DNA of 29,462 nucleotides from a virus. Its lineage: Duplodnaviria > Caudoviricetes. The notes under the pieces are model-generated. The model saw only the letters and a list, made by a program, of their open reading frames with translations. It did not search any database and had not been told where the DNA came from. The stretch's first letter is position 1, and each line of letters opens with the position of its first letter. Below are positions 1-10,013 of the stretch, piece after piece. The DNA lies in the IMG/VR virus record IMGVR_UViG_3300027808_000117, positions 1-29,462 of that record; one strand, written 5' to 3'. Position numbers and translations under genes: made by a program.

Positions 1-952
1 TGCTTGACGATGACTCGATTCGACGAAGCGAAGCCTCGCGGAAGCGACCATAGCCGCCGAGCCAGTACCAACCAAGTGGTTGCAAACGCATCAAGATGTC
101 TGTGACATTGCCACGGACGATCTTCGGTACTGCGCCGTTACCATCTTGCACGCTGTAAGCCTTAGCAAGAGCCTGACGACCCATGATAAGAGTTGCGTAT
201 GCATCTCCTGTACCTGCTGCACCTGCACCGTTAAACACGTTGGTGAATACTTTGGCGCGTGCGGTTTCAATGAATCGTACTGATTCAAAGAGGCCAATCT
301 CGCCATTGTAGATACCTTCTGGGTTTACGTAGTTAGCTGGTGTACGCCATGCTGCTACGTCTGTGTTTGAACGGAAGTCGTACGACACGTCTGGGTGGAT
401 GAAGCCAATGTACGAACCATTGAAGGTTGCAACGTTTGCACCACGCAAAGCAGCTACCTGCTTACGGATGTCGTTTGCTACCAAGATGTCGTCAACAGCC
501 AGCGTTACACGTGATGTTGCTGGTGAAGCTCCACCTGTTGAGTAAGCAACGTTGGTTCCTGCGGCAAGAACTTCACGGACAACTTGGTCGATTGAATCGC
601 CAGCGTTGTATCCAATGATGTTTGCTGCTGCTGAATCAACATCCAAGAATGCTGTTCCACGCAACTTAGCTGTCGTAACAACCGCATTGCCGTATTCAGC
701 CAAGGTTACAGTAACCTGACTGTCCGACAACGCAACTGGTGTTACGTCCGTTACTTCGTTCAACGTAGATGTTGCTGCTGCAATGTCTGCGAAGATAGTG
801 AATGTGACACCAGTTCCAGGCATTGCCTGTGCTACTGGTTGTACGTCTGCTGCCTGGTCGAAGAGGAGTTCTGAACGCAATGCGAAGTACGCAAGACGGT
901 CAAACGCGACCTGATCTACAGAGAGAGACGAGGTTTGTGTTTCGCCTGCCAT
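1..952 (-). CDS. Major capsid protein, N4-gp56-like (3' end truncated by window edge; absent from ORF track)
   Basis: Manual translation from ATG at 952 (RBS AAGGAG): MAGETQTSSLSVDQVAFDRLAYFALRSELLFDQAADVQP...VTVTLAEYGNAV...YIGFIHPDVSYDFR...IYNGEIGLFESVRFIET...LGWYWLGGYGRFREASLRRIESSSS, open to position 1. The EYGN, IHPD and GEIG..E.VRF motifs are typical of this HK97-fold capsid family; it follows the scaffold gene. Confidence 0.9.
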   Translation of the reverse strand, partial: MAGETQTSSLSVDQVAFDRLAYFALRSELLFDQAADVQPVAQAMPGTGVTFTIFADIAAATSTLNEVTDVTPVALSDSQVTVTLAEYGNAVVTTAKLRGTAFLDVDSAAANIIGYNAGDSIDQVVREVLAAGTNVAYSTGGASPATSRVTLAVDDILVANDIRKQVAALRGANVATFNGSYIGFIHPDVSYDFRSNTDVAAWRTPANYVNPEGIYNGEIGLFESVRFIETARAKVFTNVFNGAGAAGTGDAYATLIMGRQALAKAYSVQDGNGAVPKIVRGNVTDILMRLQPLGWYWLGGYGRFREASLRRIESSSS

Positions 953-976
953 GATTAATTCTCCTTAAAGAATTGG

Positions 977-1441
977 TTAATTGTTGATTTGATTCATTCT
1001 TGCTTGAGCCAACAATTCCATTACTTCTTTTTCAGATTTAGCGTTCGCGATTCTAGCGCCATAGTCAACCACCGCGTCTGACGTATCTCCAACGCGTGAT
1101 GCGTTACCAACCCGATCCCAAGCTTGCTTCTCCTGTGTAGGCATTACTTGCTGTGGTTCTTGATTCTTAATGAGATTTGCTTCTGCGGCTGCAACACGAA
1201 TTGCCTCGGGTGTGAGTTCACCATCGTAAGCCTTCACGAAATACTTAGACATCCCTGAAGATAGGTCTACACCTGCCTTCACAAATGCCAACTCTCGCTG
1301 AGCTGACTTAGCTTCATCTGCTTGCTGACGCAAGTTTTTAACCTCTGACTCCAACTCACGCATTCTCGCGCGAACAGGATTCTTTGTTGCCTGGTCTTCT
1401 TGTTGAACGTTTTCTTCTTCATAGAAGTCTTGTTCTTGCAT
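977..1441 (-). CDS. Capsid scaffolding protein (probable)
   Basis: Acidic N-terminus and coiled coil (MRELESEVKNLRQQADEAKSAQRELAF), directly upstream of the capsid gene. Start moved from 1489 to ATG 1441 because GGAGGAG (1448-1454) precedes it. Confidence 0.75.
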   Translation of the reverse strand: MQEQDFYEEENVQQEDQATKNPVRARMRELESEVKNLRQQADEAKSAQRELAFVKAGVDLSSGMSKYFVKAYDGELTPEAIRVAAAEANLIKNQEPQQVMPTQEKQAWDRVGNASRVGDTSDAVVDYGARIANAKSEKEVMELLAQARMNQINN

Positions 1442-1557
1442 GACCCACTCCTCCGCCCACACTTGGCTGGAGGGGCCAAATGGCTGCATATCTCACCCCT
1501 ATTAACACATTGAAATCGGGGGGATTTCCAACGGTTATCCCTAATGGGATAAGATCA

Positions 1558-1585
1558 ATGATACATCACAATAAGTGATTGTCAA
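1558..1585 (-). promoter_or_regulatory. Sigma70-type promoter for scaffold/capsid operon
   Basis: TTGACA (1585-1580), 16 nt, TATCAT (1563-1558). The spacer holds the inverted repeat ATCAC-TTATT-GTGAT, a possible operator. Confidence 0.65.
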
Positions 1586-1601
1586 TAGCTGGCTATCTGT
1601 A

Positions 1602-2774
1602 TTAAAGATTTGACTGCCCGTACCCAGATTTGAGAGAACCGCTCTCACCTTGAGTCAAGGTTGCTGAACCACCACTAGCGGATACATCACCGATACGGCG
1701 TTTCTTTCTTTCTTCTACTTTTCTTTTAGCTTCAGCATCTGTACCTAACGCAGCTTTAGCAAAGTCAATATCAGAAATCTGCTCTTCACCAAACCCACCA
1801 CGTCGCAGTTCACCCATCTGCCCAATGTTTGCAAAAGCTGTCTCTGCTTCTGTAGTGGTAATACCTTGCCTTACAAACTGTTCAGCATCAGCTGCCCCTA
1901 AATTAATCTTTGACAACCTCTGAGCATTCTCTGCAATCAAAGCAGCCTGCGCCTGACGTTTGTAATCTGGGGACATAAGATCCCTAGCCCGTTCAGGGTC
2001 GATTACATATGCGAGAAGATCACCGTCAGTAATCCCATACAGTTCAGCCATCTTTGCTTTAACAGAAGGGGAAGCATCACGGACCACCGAGTACGCATCC
2101 TTAAGACGGTTGTTCAACTCCGTAACAGATACATCTCCACCAATAAGTCTTTCAAAATCTTCCGACGAATCATAAAACCCTTGCGGCAAACCATTGGCTG
2201 CCAAAGTTTCTTTGTACTGCTTTTCCAAAGCAATATAAGTAGCTGGCAAAAGTTCTTTGAACCCTAAAGATTTACGTCGTTCGTTACCAGCAAACCTTTT
2301 CTTGTAAGCCTCTTGTTCACGTAACGCAAAGATAAAAGAGTTTGATTCATCAATATCTATTTCCTGTTTAGCGTACAAAGAATACGCAAACTCATACAAA
2401 CTCTCAAGTCCATATGAAGCTAAAGCTTGACGAAGTATTTCTTTTGCGTTAACAGCTGGAGAAAATTCGTCTCCGCCACCGTCGTCATCACCTCCGTCGT
2501 CGTCACCTCCGTCGTCGTCACCTCCGTCGTCGTCACCACCAGCAGCACGATCCTTGCCTTGTTGAATAAGAATAGCAAGAGCATCTTGTCTTTGTTTTAA
2601 AGTACCTGAACCAACACCAGTATTTCCTACAAGCTCATTGATGTACGATTCATCGCCATAATATCCACGTGCTTCATAAACAGCAGCGGGATCTAATGCT
2701 TCTGGTGTTTGTGTAGATAGATCACTACCGCCCGCATCACCATCAAGCATCATTTCATTACTTACGTTACTCAT
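1602..2774 (-). CDS. Putative internal virion/structural protein with GGDDD repeat
   Basis: 390 aa ORF in the structural operon, start overlapping the upstream stop (TGATG), Gly-rich C-terminus. Function inferred from position only. Confidence 0.55.
   Translation of the reverse strand: MSNVSNEMMLDGDAGGSDLSTQTPEALDPAAVYEARGYYGDESYINELVGNTGVGSGTLKQRQDALAILIQQGKDRAAGGDDDGGDDDGGDDDGGDDDGGGDEFSPAVNAKEILRQALASYGLESLYEFAYSLYAKQEIDIDESNSFIFALREQEAYKKRFAGNERRKSLGFKELLPATYIALEKQYKETLAANGLPQGFYDSSEDFERLIGGDVSVTELNNRLKDAYSVVRDASPSVKAKMAELYGITDGDLLAYVIDPERARDLMSPDYKRQAQAALIAENAQRLSKINLGAADAEQFVRQGITTTEAETAFANIGQMGELRRGGFGEEQISDIDFAKAALGTDAEAKRKVEERKKRRIGDVSASGGSATLTQGESGSLKSGYGQSNL
2476..2540. repeat. 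15-bp tandem repeat, ~4.3 copies, encoding (GGDDD)n
   Basis: CCTCCGTCGTCGTCA exact at 2491, 2506 and 2521; variant CCACCGTCGTCATCA at 2476. Confidence 0.95.
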
Positions 2775-3709
2775 CAACTAACCTCTCCAAATGCTTTAGC
2801 TATAGTAAAAGCCATAGAACGTGCATCCTGTTTTGCTCTCTTAGTCCTATCAAAACCATACTTAGGATCAGTACGAAGCATAGTTTCCCACTCACCCAAA
2901 TTAGGTGGCGGAGTAGTAGGTCCACCAAACGCTGCTCTAAACTTCGGATCGTTAAACGAAATAGATTCTGGACTCAACTCCAAAGTGTTTGCAGCAACAG
3001 TTCTATATTGACTGAAGATATCGTTAAGAGTTAAACCAGCATCAAGCATTGGTGCTAACTGAAAGTGCGCTGCTTTAGCCAACATCATGCCTTTCTTTTT
3101 AAGACTGTCAACCGTAATTGCTTCACCGTTATATTCTTTACCTTGAATAGATGCAAGAATTTGCTCATTTAAATCTGATGGATTGTAACCATAATCCAAA
3201 GCAATCTTCTTCAATGCCTGCGCATCTGCACCATCAAGAAGATCCTGTCTGCCACGAGCACGCGTACCAACAATGCTGTTCACATATTGAGATAACCCAA
3301 GCCCAGTAAAACCACGACGAGTGGCAACGTTTGCAATGTCATCTAGTTCTTTAGTGGTTAACCCAAGATCTCCGTAACCATTAGCAATAGCTATACGATT
3401 TAGTCGTATCTTGTCGGCTTTATCTACATCAAGTAGCGCATCAAAATCTTTAGTTGCCTTAATGGTTTCGTTGTAATACTTGGTTGCAAAAACCTTTGCA
3501 TTGAAAGCATCAAGTCCAGCTCGAGTTGTAAAGTCATACTGCTTTGGTCTTTTAGCTACATCTTGAATAAGATCAATTAAGTCGTCACCAAACTTAGACC
3601 GAGCTTCTTGTTCCCCTGCGCCACCATCAACAAGCTTTGCAAACTGTGGGAACTGTGCGATAAACGCAGAACGCCAATCTTGTTTTGGTTCATTTTTTTT
3701 AACAGCCAT
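2774..3709 (-). CDS. Putative internal virion/structural protein
   Basis: 311 aa, translationally coupled on both sides, in the portal-to-capsid block; no catalytic motif recognised. Confidence 0.55.
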   Translation of the reverse strand: MAVKKNEPKQDWRSAFIAQFPQFAKLVDGGAGEQEARSKFGDDLIDLIQDVAKRPKQYDFTTRAGLDAFNAKVFATKYYNETIKATKDFDALLDVDKADKIRLNRIAIANGYGDLGLTTKELDDIANVATRRGFTGLGLSQYVNSIVGTRARGRQDLLDGADAQALKKIALDYGYNPSDLNEQILASIQGKEYNGEAITVDSLKKKGMMLAKAAHFQLAPMLDAGLTLNDIFSQYRTVAANTLELSPESISFNDPKFRAAFGGPTTPPPNLGEWETMLRTDPKYGFDRTKRAKQDARSMAFTIAKAFGEVS

Positions 3710-4587
3710 TACTGTCCACCTAACAACGAGAAGATTTGATTGATTGCTTTACCAGCTGAGTATGAACCAAATTCACCAGGCGAAGCTTTCTTTGCTTGTT
3801 CTTCAGCTGCTACAGGTAAACTAGTTGGGTCTTCTGTGTTGGATAACTGTCGGCTTCTATCGCTGCTTTGAATAAAACTAATTGCTGATTTAAGTTCTGC
3901 TTGGGTTGGTGCTCTACCAAGTAACTCAAAAAAACTATTGCCAGTTTGTTTTGCTGCATCTTCTCTTGAAACAACAGAGATTGTTCTACCAGAACCGCCA
4001 GTAGCGCCAGCTGTAGGTATCTGACCAGTAGCAACTAGGTTAACTAATGCTTTCATTGTGCGACCCTTGCTGTTTGCAAGCATCATGAAAGCAGCTATTG
4101 CTGCTCTATCTTCGTACACTAATCCAAGACCTTGTAAAGCTTGTGCACTTGGTTTTTTGCCTTCATAGTAACCAAGTTTTTGCATTGTTGAAAACAACGC
4201 ATTGCGGTCTGCTGTATTTGTTACTCTAAAAAATTCTGTATAGATGTCGTTTTGATCTGCAGCATATTTGTTAGGTCTAGCAATTGAATTGTTTTCGTCA
4301 ACTAAACCACTACCTTCATAAAATACCTGTGATCCACCTGGGCCACGCAAAATTTTAACGGTGTTAGGAAAATATGGGACAACTGGGTTTGGTGTAGAAC
4401 GTGGGAAAGCAACATTTTCTTGTTCTAAAATTTTTAAAGTTTTTGTGTCTTGAATATTGATAGCACGAGCAGGACTGGAAACCCTATCTACGAGGGGAGC
4501 ATCTACAGCAGCACCACTAGCATCAGTTAATTCCATTTCAGCAAGGTCTTCTGCCGCTGTTGTAGTTTCTTTATCGCCGTTTGCCAT
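3709..4587 (-). CDS. Putative virion protein
   Basis: 292 aa, TAATG-coupled; contains FFELLGRAPTQAEL, resembling an LGR.P helical repeat. Function inferred from position. Confidence 0.5.
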   Translation of the reverse strand: MANGDKETTTAAEDLAEMELTDASGAAVDAPLVDRVSSPARAINIQDTKTLKILEQENVAFPRSTPNPVVPYFPNTVKILRGPGGSQVFYEGSGLVDENNSIARPNKYAADQNDIYTEFFRVTNTADRNALFSTMQKLGYYEGKKPSAQALQGLGLVYEDRAAIAAFMMLANSKGRTMKALVNLVATGQIPTAGATGGSGRTISVVSREDAAKQTGNSFFELLGRAPTQAELKSAISFIQSSDRSRQLSNTEDPTSLPVAAEEQAKKASPGEFGSYSAGKAINQIFSLLGGQ

Positions 4588-7500
4588 TAGTCCTCTACCT
4601 CTGATGAAAGTAATCTTTGCCAGATTCTATCAAACTGTGGGTTTTGTTCAGCTAAACGGTTGCCGTAAGCGTACAAAGACTCAGCGTAAGGTTGAGCTTT
4701 CTTTGATTTAAGACTCTTCAAATTGTTGCCAGCCAATATTTGTTTACGTGCATTTAAGTATTCAACAAGGCTTGGAACTGTTTCATTGTTTGCCAAACGT
4801 GGATCTTTAACAATTTCCTCCAGTTTAATAAGTTGGTTCTCAAACTTACCAACCTCAAATTGGGCTACTGGTGGGAAACCAGGGTAATCTTGGCTCAATT
4901 TGTAACGGTAAGCCTGCAACTTTTCTCGTTCCGCTTCTGTTGGGAAAGCCCCAAACAGTTTACGGGCAGCACTATATTTGGATGAACCAATACGCAACTG
5001 AGCTAACTCAATCATCTCTCGGGGATTAAGCCCAGTTCGTTTCCCTTGTGATCTTTGTCGATTATAAACATCATAGTTAAATTCACCTGACGGCCCAAAG
5101 TAGGCAGCAACGTCTTTATATTTTCCGCTTAACAAGTCTTGGTTTTTAAGTTCCCATTCTCCGAACTCACCAGATGCTTCAAGTCCTGGGACCTCTGATT
5201 TAGTTTTTGAACCGATATACAACGCAGCTTCATTCCCAAAAACTTTTAAGAAACGCGGAACCGCAGTATCGTAATCTTCTTGTTGCATTTTACTAAACAC
5301 TTTAACCATCTCGTCAACAAAAATATCTTTGTCGCCTACCTTGATTTCAAAACCAACCTGTGGTGATGTCGGACCAAAAAACTGTTGCGCAATTTTAATA
5401 AGACTTATTGTTCGTGCATCCCTCAAAGAATCTTTTTCAAGAACTTTAAAACCCTCTTCGGTTGAGATATCGTAATCACCAGAAGCAAAGTTAGCTTGAG
5501 TTGTTTGAGACAACGTACTTGCAAAAGATGTGTTTAATCCAATAGCGTTTGTATCTACATAACTGTAAATTAAAGACGTTAACTTGTTGACCGCACCTGG
5601 AAGTGGATTAAATTGACCAGCTATTTCTTGTTTTGACAAACCAGTTTTTCCGTATGGCAAAAGAGTTTTAACGATAAGATTTGTTTCTGGAAAATTTCTT
5701 AAAGCAAACGACATAGGGATTTGAGCAAGCGGTCCAACACCTGGAATCCAACTCATACCTTGGCTTAATTGTTTTACTGGTGCTTCAAAAAACGATTTAA
5801 CTCCAGCAGCCCTTAAAGCAATAGGCAACCCAAATATTTCAGGGAACCTAAAGAAGTTGTCCCCTGTTTGTGGATCTTCGTATATGAAACCACGACCATC
5901 ACCGTCAGGGTCGGCTTGACCAAGGTTGTTTGCAAACCTTGCTGCTCTAGCCAAACGGCTTGGGTCTTCTATCATGAAGCTCATATATCGACCAGCAATT
6001 TCTCGCCATGCACTAGCAAATGGAAAGATGATTCGGGTTATGTCTTCAAGATTGTTTTTGTTTGATGCGTCATAAAGCAACTCTTTAGTTTTTGTAATGC
6101 CCACTAAACGTGCATAGTCATCAAGATCTGAAGCTTTCAATGTTCCGTTACCAGGGGTGCTGGCTATTTGTTTTAGTTTTGCAGCGGTATCTGAGCTCCC
6201 TATGTACTTCCCAATGTCATCTCCAAAACCAGCGCTCTTAGCTGATTTCTTAAGCTTAGTTATCAATGCTTGAGCTTCGCTAGTTTGCAGTCTGCCTATC
6301 TGATTACTAATTTCATCGTAATAAAACTTTCTGAAAACAGGGCTACGTTCCAAAGTCTTTACATATTTTCCTCCGTAAAGATCTTGAAAAAAGAAATTAG
6401 TAAAATCATCTAACTTATCTTGAGCTGCACTAAACAGTTTTCTGCCTTCATCATTGTTTATTCGTGTTAATTCTTTTGCATATTGTTGAGCAAGGCCGTT
6501 GCCAGTTCCAGCAACATCAACAGGTTGACGGTTGATTAATCGAATTGCATCTTTGTGGTATTTAAAAGTTCCTTGACCAGTTGCAGAACCATTTAATACT
6601 GGTTGAATAACCGCTTCTGATTTATCGAAAGCAACAACAATACCTTCTTTGTCGTCAGACAACTTTACAAAACTGCCAAGCTTTAATTCTTCGTTTGGAA
6701 ACTTCATTGTAAAATCATCTGGGTTTAGGACAATACGATCCCCAAAAGGAACGCGGTCAAACGCCGCAATGAAAGTTACTTCTGGTATGTTGCCTGTTAA
6801 GTTTTTAACATTGGCATAAGGAATATCTTTCGAGTGTTCACGTAACCATGCCAAACGCTCATCCTTGGTTAAACCAGACAAAGACCTTCCTGGACCTTGA
6901 ATGTCATCGTTGGCTATAGTTTTAAAACCAATCCCACGTTGATAGATGCCATCTATTTCTCTAAAGTTTTCAGCTTTGTTTGCAACTATTGATAAAGAAT
7001 CAAGAAGTTCGTCTTCAGCTATATTAAAAACCAAACCTTGTGCTGCAGTTTTTTGCAACTCGTCTTGATGTGCTAAACGCAAACTGTCTAATACGGCTTC
7101 AGCAAAAACTTTATCCCCTTGTGCTTTGCTAATTACAGTATAAGACCCAGTAGAAATTTCATGGCTTCCGCTTCTCGGTCCGTTCATCCCCTGTTTACGT
7201 GATGACATCTGAAGCAACTCTGCGTGTTCAACACGCAGCTCTTTCCAAGCTTCTTGGATTTCAAGATTGTTTTCATCTTTGTCTTTACCAAAAAGCTGTT
7301 TACTTTTTATTGTTAATTGCTCACCCAAAACAGAACGTTCCCTTGTAGATAAATCGTATTTTTTTGCCAACCTAAGCAGTTTGTTTGCAGCCGAAGTTTC
7401 ACCAAGAATTAAAGAAATATATTCTCCAGGGTGATTTAAAATTCCAGAAGCACCACCAATTGCCATACGTACTTGCGCATCTATTGAGTTGCGCATGATG

Positions 7501-9632
7501 TAGCCAATGGTTGCAAGGTTAAGTGGTTTCCAAATGGCGTTTTGCAAACCGTCTAGTACGTCAATTACTAATGCTTGCTCCCCTGTATAAACCCGTTTTG
7601 TTGAGCTTTTAACTAACAGGTCTTGTTCTTGCAAAAGCGCAGCCCGAGCTTTTTCCATAGCAACATCACCTGTATTTTTGGCTGGCATTTTATTTAACTT
7701 GGCTTGAATCTCATCGTAACGTGGTTGATCTAAAATTTCTTCTACTTGTAATTTTCTTATTCTAGAAAGCTTAAAAGGTTTTGTCCCCTGTGCGTTGACT
7801 CCAACCTTGTTAAGTGTTTCCCTAATGAATGGGTTATTGGTAAGTCTGCGTAATTCCCTTGGATCTGGAAGTGTTTGAACACGATCAAACAATTGTGAAA
7901 GTTGCATTGGTCGAGCAAACTGTATATTGCCCTCACCTACCTCTGCCGCTTTTTCCATAAACTCATCCCAAACAGATTGCGGAAAATGCTTTTTAAGTAA
8001 GTCCCCATAGGTTTTCATAAAACCGTTATCTGTTTCGTTACCCATTCTGTCCAACATGTAAACACGAAGACGTGCTGAGGACCCATTAACTCTGTCAAAC
8101 AACAGTTTTGTTACTTCATCCCTAACACCATTAAGTTTTAAAGTGTCTTTAAGAAACCGTTCATACAACTTATAAGCATCACGTTGATCGTCAGCAGTTG
8201 ATATTGCCCTAAAGTTATTTAAGGCATCTTTAGTAAATGTGGAAAGCGCTTCTTCTGTTGCTCCAGAACTTTTTAAAGATAGATACATGTTCTTCACGGC
8301 AGCTATACGGTCAGAGTCGGTGCCGTTAATAACTATTTGCGAAGCAGGAATGTTAGTAAGCAACCTTGAATTCTTGAGTGGTGTTTTTTCAATAAGATAT
8401 TTAACTGGGTATGTACTTATGCCAGCTTGAATATCTTTGATTCTGGTGCTTAAAGTACTTGCACCAATTGCATACTGATTAACCAATTCAGCTTTTACCG
8501 CTTCTGGAGTTTTTGATTTTGCTAAACGTTGAATAGTTTCTGGAGAAAGTTTCCAATCAAACTTCTTAGCTATTGCTAACTCGTCTCCTTCTTCTGCAAT
8601 TTCTTTGATGGCTTTAACTGCCGTAGGGTTGACATCCATAAACCTATTCCATTTTTGAACATCAAGAGATAACCCTGTTAATGATTTTGTTAAACCAGCT
8701 TGAGCATTTAAAGCCAATCTGTAAGAAGCAGCATCGGCTTTGGTTAAAGTAGGAACAATCCCCGAAGCAAACTTAACAGCTTCAGCTAAATCGTCTGTGT
8801 TTCTTAAAGCCGTTGGTAAATTTTTTGCAAGAATTCCAGCCGTTTTAACTCCCCTGTATGCATATTTGGTTGGATCTGGTACAGCTACCGTAACCATAAA
8901 ATCAAAAAATCCAGATACCCCGTTATACCAAAGACCTTCTTCTAATCCAACACTTGAAGCTATACCTCGACCAATTGTAAAAGCAGATCCATTAATCATG
9001 CCTCTTGTTCTTCTAGCAGCTTCAGATTGTTGAGCTTGCAGTTCTTCTGTAATAAAAAATCCATCGCCTTGATCGTCCCAATTTTTTAACAATTGGACCA
9101 AGCTAAAAGAATCTAAAGCGTCTTTAACTGAATAACTTCTCTTACTTCCTTCTTTGGTGCCAAGTGTTCCAAGTGAAAAGATAGTTTGCAACGCTTCTGG
9201 AATTGCAGCACCAGTACTTATCGCTACTCGGGAAACACCTTTAATTGCCCCATAAACACCAGGGTCTCCAAATTCAAAGAAGCTTCTATCTACTGTTTTG
9301 TTTTCAGATACAGCTTTTACCGCTTCACGTGTTTTGTCGGTTAATGTATATTGTTTTGCTTTTCCATATAGGTCATGGGCAGAAGATGGGTTGTCAATAA
9401 AATTGCGGGCATACAGTTCCGATGCTTTATCTACAGCTTGATCGCTTGCATAGTTCTTAGCTAAAGAAAGTTGAACGTTGGCTGGCATCCAAGGCGCTCT
9501 GTCATTGATATATGAAACACGTTGAGTAACCAATGGGTCAACAACCGTAGGTTGAACAGGCTGTTGTTTAGTTGCAGCCTCTTGAAGAATTACAGATTTA
9601 GTCTGCTTATCTAATTTGTTTTGCCAAGACAT
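4587..9632 (-). CDS. Large (1681 aa) putative internal virion / DNA-ejection protein
   Basis: Size, position after portal, and C-terminal PGVGPLAQIP / LLPYG type segments as in large podovirus internal virion proteins. No tape-measure repeats or polymerase motifs seen. Confidence 0.6.
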   Translation of the reverse strand: MSWQNKLDKQTKSVILQEAATKQQPVQPTVVDPLVTQRVSYINDRAPWMPANVQLSLAKNYASDQAVDKASELYARNFIDNPSSAHDLYGKAKQYTLTDKTREAVKAVSENKTVDRSFFEFGDPGVYGAIKGVSRVAISTGAAIPEALQTIFSLGTLGTKEGSKRSYSVKDALDSFSLVQLLKNWDDQGDGFFITEELQAQQSEAARRTRGMINGSAFTIGRGIASSVGLEEGLWYNGVSGFFDFMVTVAVPDPTKYAYRGVKTAGILAKNLPTALRNTDDLAEAVKFASGIVPTLTKADAASYRLALNAQAGLTKSLTGLSLDVQKWNRFMDVNPTAVKAIKEIAEEGDELAIAKKFDWKLSPETIQRLAKSKTPEAVKAELVNQYAIGASTLSTRIKDIQAGISTYPVKYLIEKTPLKNSRLLTNIPASQIVINGTDSDRIAAVKNMYLSLKSSGATEEALSTFTKDALNNFRAISTADDQRDAYKLYERFLKDTLKLNGVRDEVTKLLFDRVNGSSARLRVYMLDRMGNETDNGFMKTYGDLLKKHFPQSVWDEFMEKAAEVGEGNIQFARPMQLSQLFDRVQTLPDPRELRRLTNNPFIRETLNKVGVNAQGTKPFKLSRIRKLQVEEILDQPRYDEIQAKLNKMPAKNTGDVAMEKARAALLQEQDLLVKSSTKRVYTGEQALVIDVLDGLQNAIWKPLNLATIGYIMRNSIDAQVRMAIGGASGILNHPGEYISLILGETSAANKLLRLAKKYDLSTRERSVLGEQLTIKSKQLFGKDKDENNLEIQEAWKELRVEHAELLQMSSRKQGMNGPRSGSHEISTGSYTVISKAQGDKVFAEAVLDSLRLAHQDELQKTAAQGLVFNIAEDELLDSLSIVANKAENFREIDGIYQRGIGFKTIANDDIQGPGRSLSGLTKDERLAWLREHSKDIPYANVKNLTGNIPEVTFIAAFDRVPFGDRIVLNPDDFTMKFPNEELKLGSFVKLSDDKEGIVVAFDKSEAVIQPVLNGSATGQGTFKYHKDAIRLINRQPVDVAGTGNGLAQQYAKELTRINNDEGRKLFSAAQDKLDDFTNFFFQDLYGGKYVKTLERSPVFRKFYYDEISNQIGRLQTSEAQALITKLKKSAKSAGFGDDIGKYIGSSDTAAKLKQIASTPGNGTLKASDLDDYARLVGITKTKELLYDASNKNNLEDITRIIFPFASAWREIAGRYMSFMIEDPSRLARAARFANNLGQADPDGDGRGFIYEDPQTGDNFFRFPEIFGLPIALRAAGVKSFFEAPVKQLSQGMSWIPGVGPLAQIPMSFALRNFPETNLIVKTLLPYGKTGLSKQEIAGQFNPLPGAVNKLTSLIYSYVDTNAIGLNTSFASTLSQTTQANFASGDYDISTEEGFKVLEKDSLRDARTISLIKIAQQFFGPTSPQVGFEIKVGDKDIFVDEMVKVFSKMQQEDYDTAVPRFLKVFGNEAALYIGSKTKSEVPGLEASGEFGEWELKNQDLLSGKYKDVAAYFGPSGEFNYDVYNRQRSQGKRTGLNPREMIELAQLRIGSSKYSAARKLFGAFPTEAEREKLQAYRYKLSQDYPGFPPVAQFEVGKFENQLIKLEEIVKDPRLANNETVPSLVEYLNARKQILAGNNLKSLKSKKAQPYAESLYAYGNRLAEQNPQFDRIWQRLLSSEVED

Positions 9633-10012
9633 TAACTTGTCTCGTATTTGTCAATTAAATCACCGAGTCCACTATTTGGATCAAACCGTGCAATGTTTCG
9701 CAACTCTGTTACTGCATCGTTAAGTGGATTTGGAATTCTAATACCTGCTTGTGTTGGCCCTATACCTGGACCGAACGGAGCGCCAGCAGTAATTGGTTCG
9801 TTAGGATTGTTAGTCATAGCAAGCAAATCAATTGGTTTTCTTGGTGCTTGTTGTTGTACTTGTCGATCTCCAGCAGCAGGTCCAGACGGCACTTGTTTAA
9901 GTCCATCCATAAGTTTCTTAACTTCGCCATACTGGTTACTTGGCCCCACCTTTGGTGTCATGGTGCTGCCAATAACGTTTGCTTTATTTTGTAAGTCTGT
10001 TCGTATTGCCAT
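9632..10012 (-). CDS. Small Pro/Gly-rich protein following portal
   Basis: 126 aa with YGE..L and PNEPITAGAPFGPG motifs, RBS GGAGG, coupled to the next gene. Confidence 0.6.
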   Translation of the reverse strand: MAIRTDLQNKANVIGSTMTPKVGPSNQYGEVKKLMDGLKQVPSGPAAGDRQVQQQAPRKPIDLLAMTNNPNEPITAGAPFGPGIGPTQAGIRIPNPLNDAVTELRNIARFDPNSGLGDLIDKYETS

Positions 10013-10013
10013 C

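Noticed and set aside
1535-1552. TAGGGATAA resembling an I-SceI site
   Set aside because: Only half the site matches, and it is explained as one arm of the leader hairpin.
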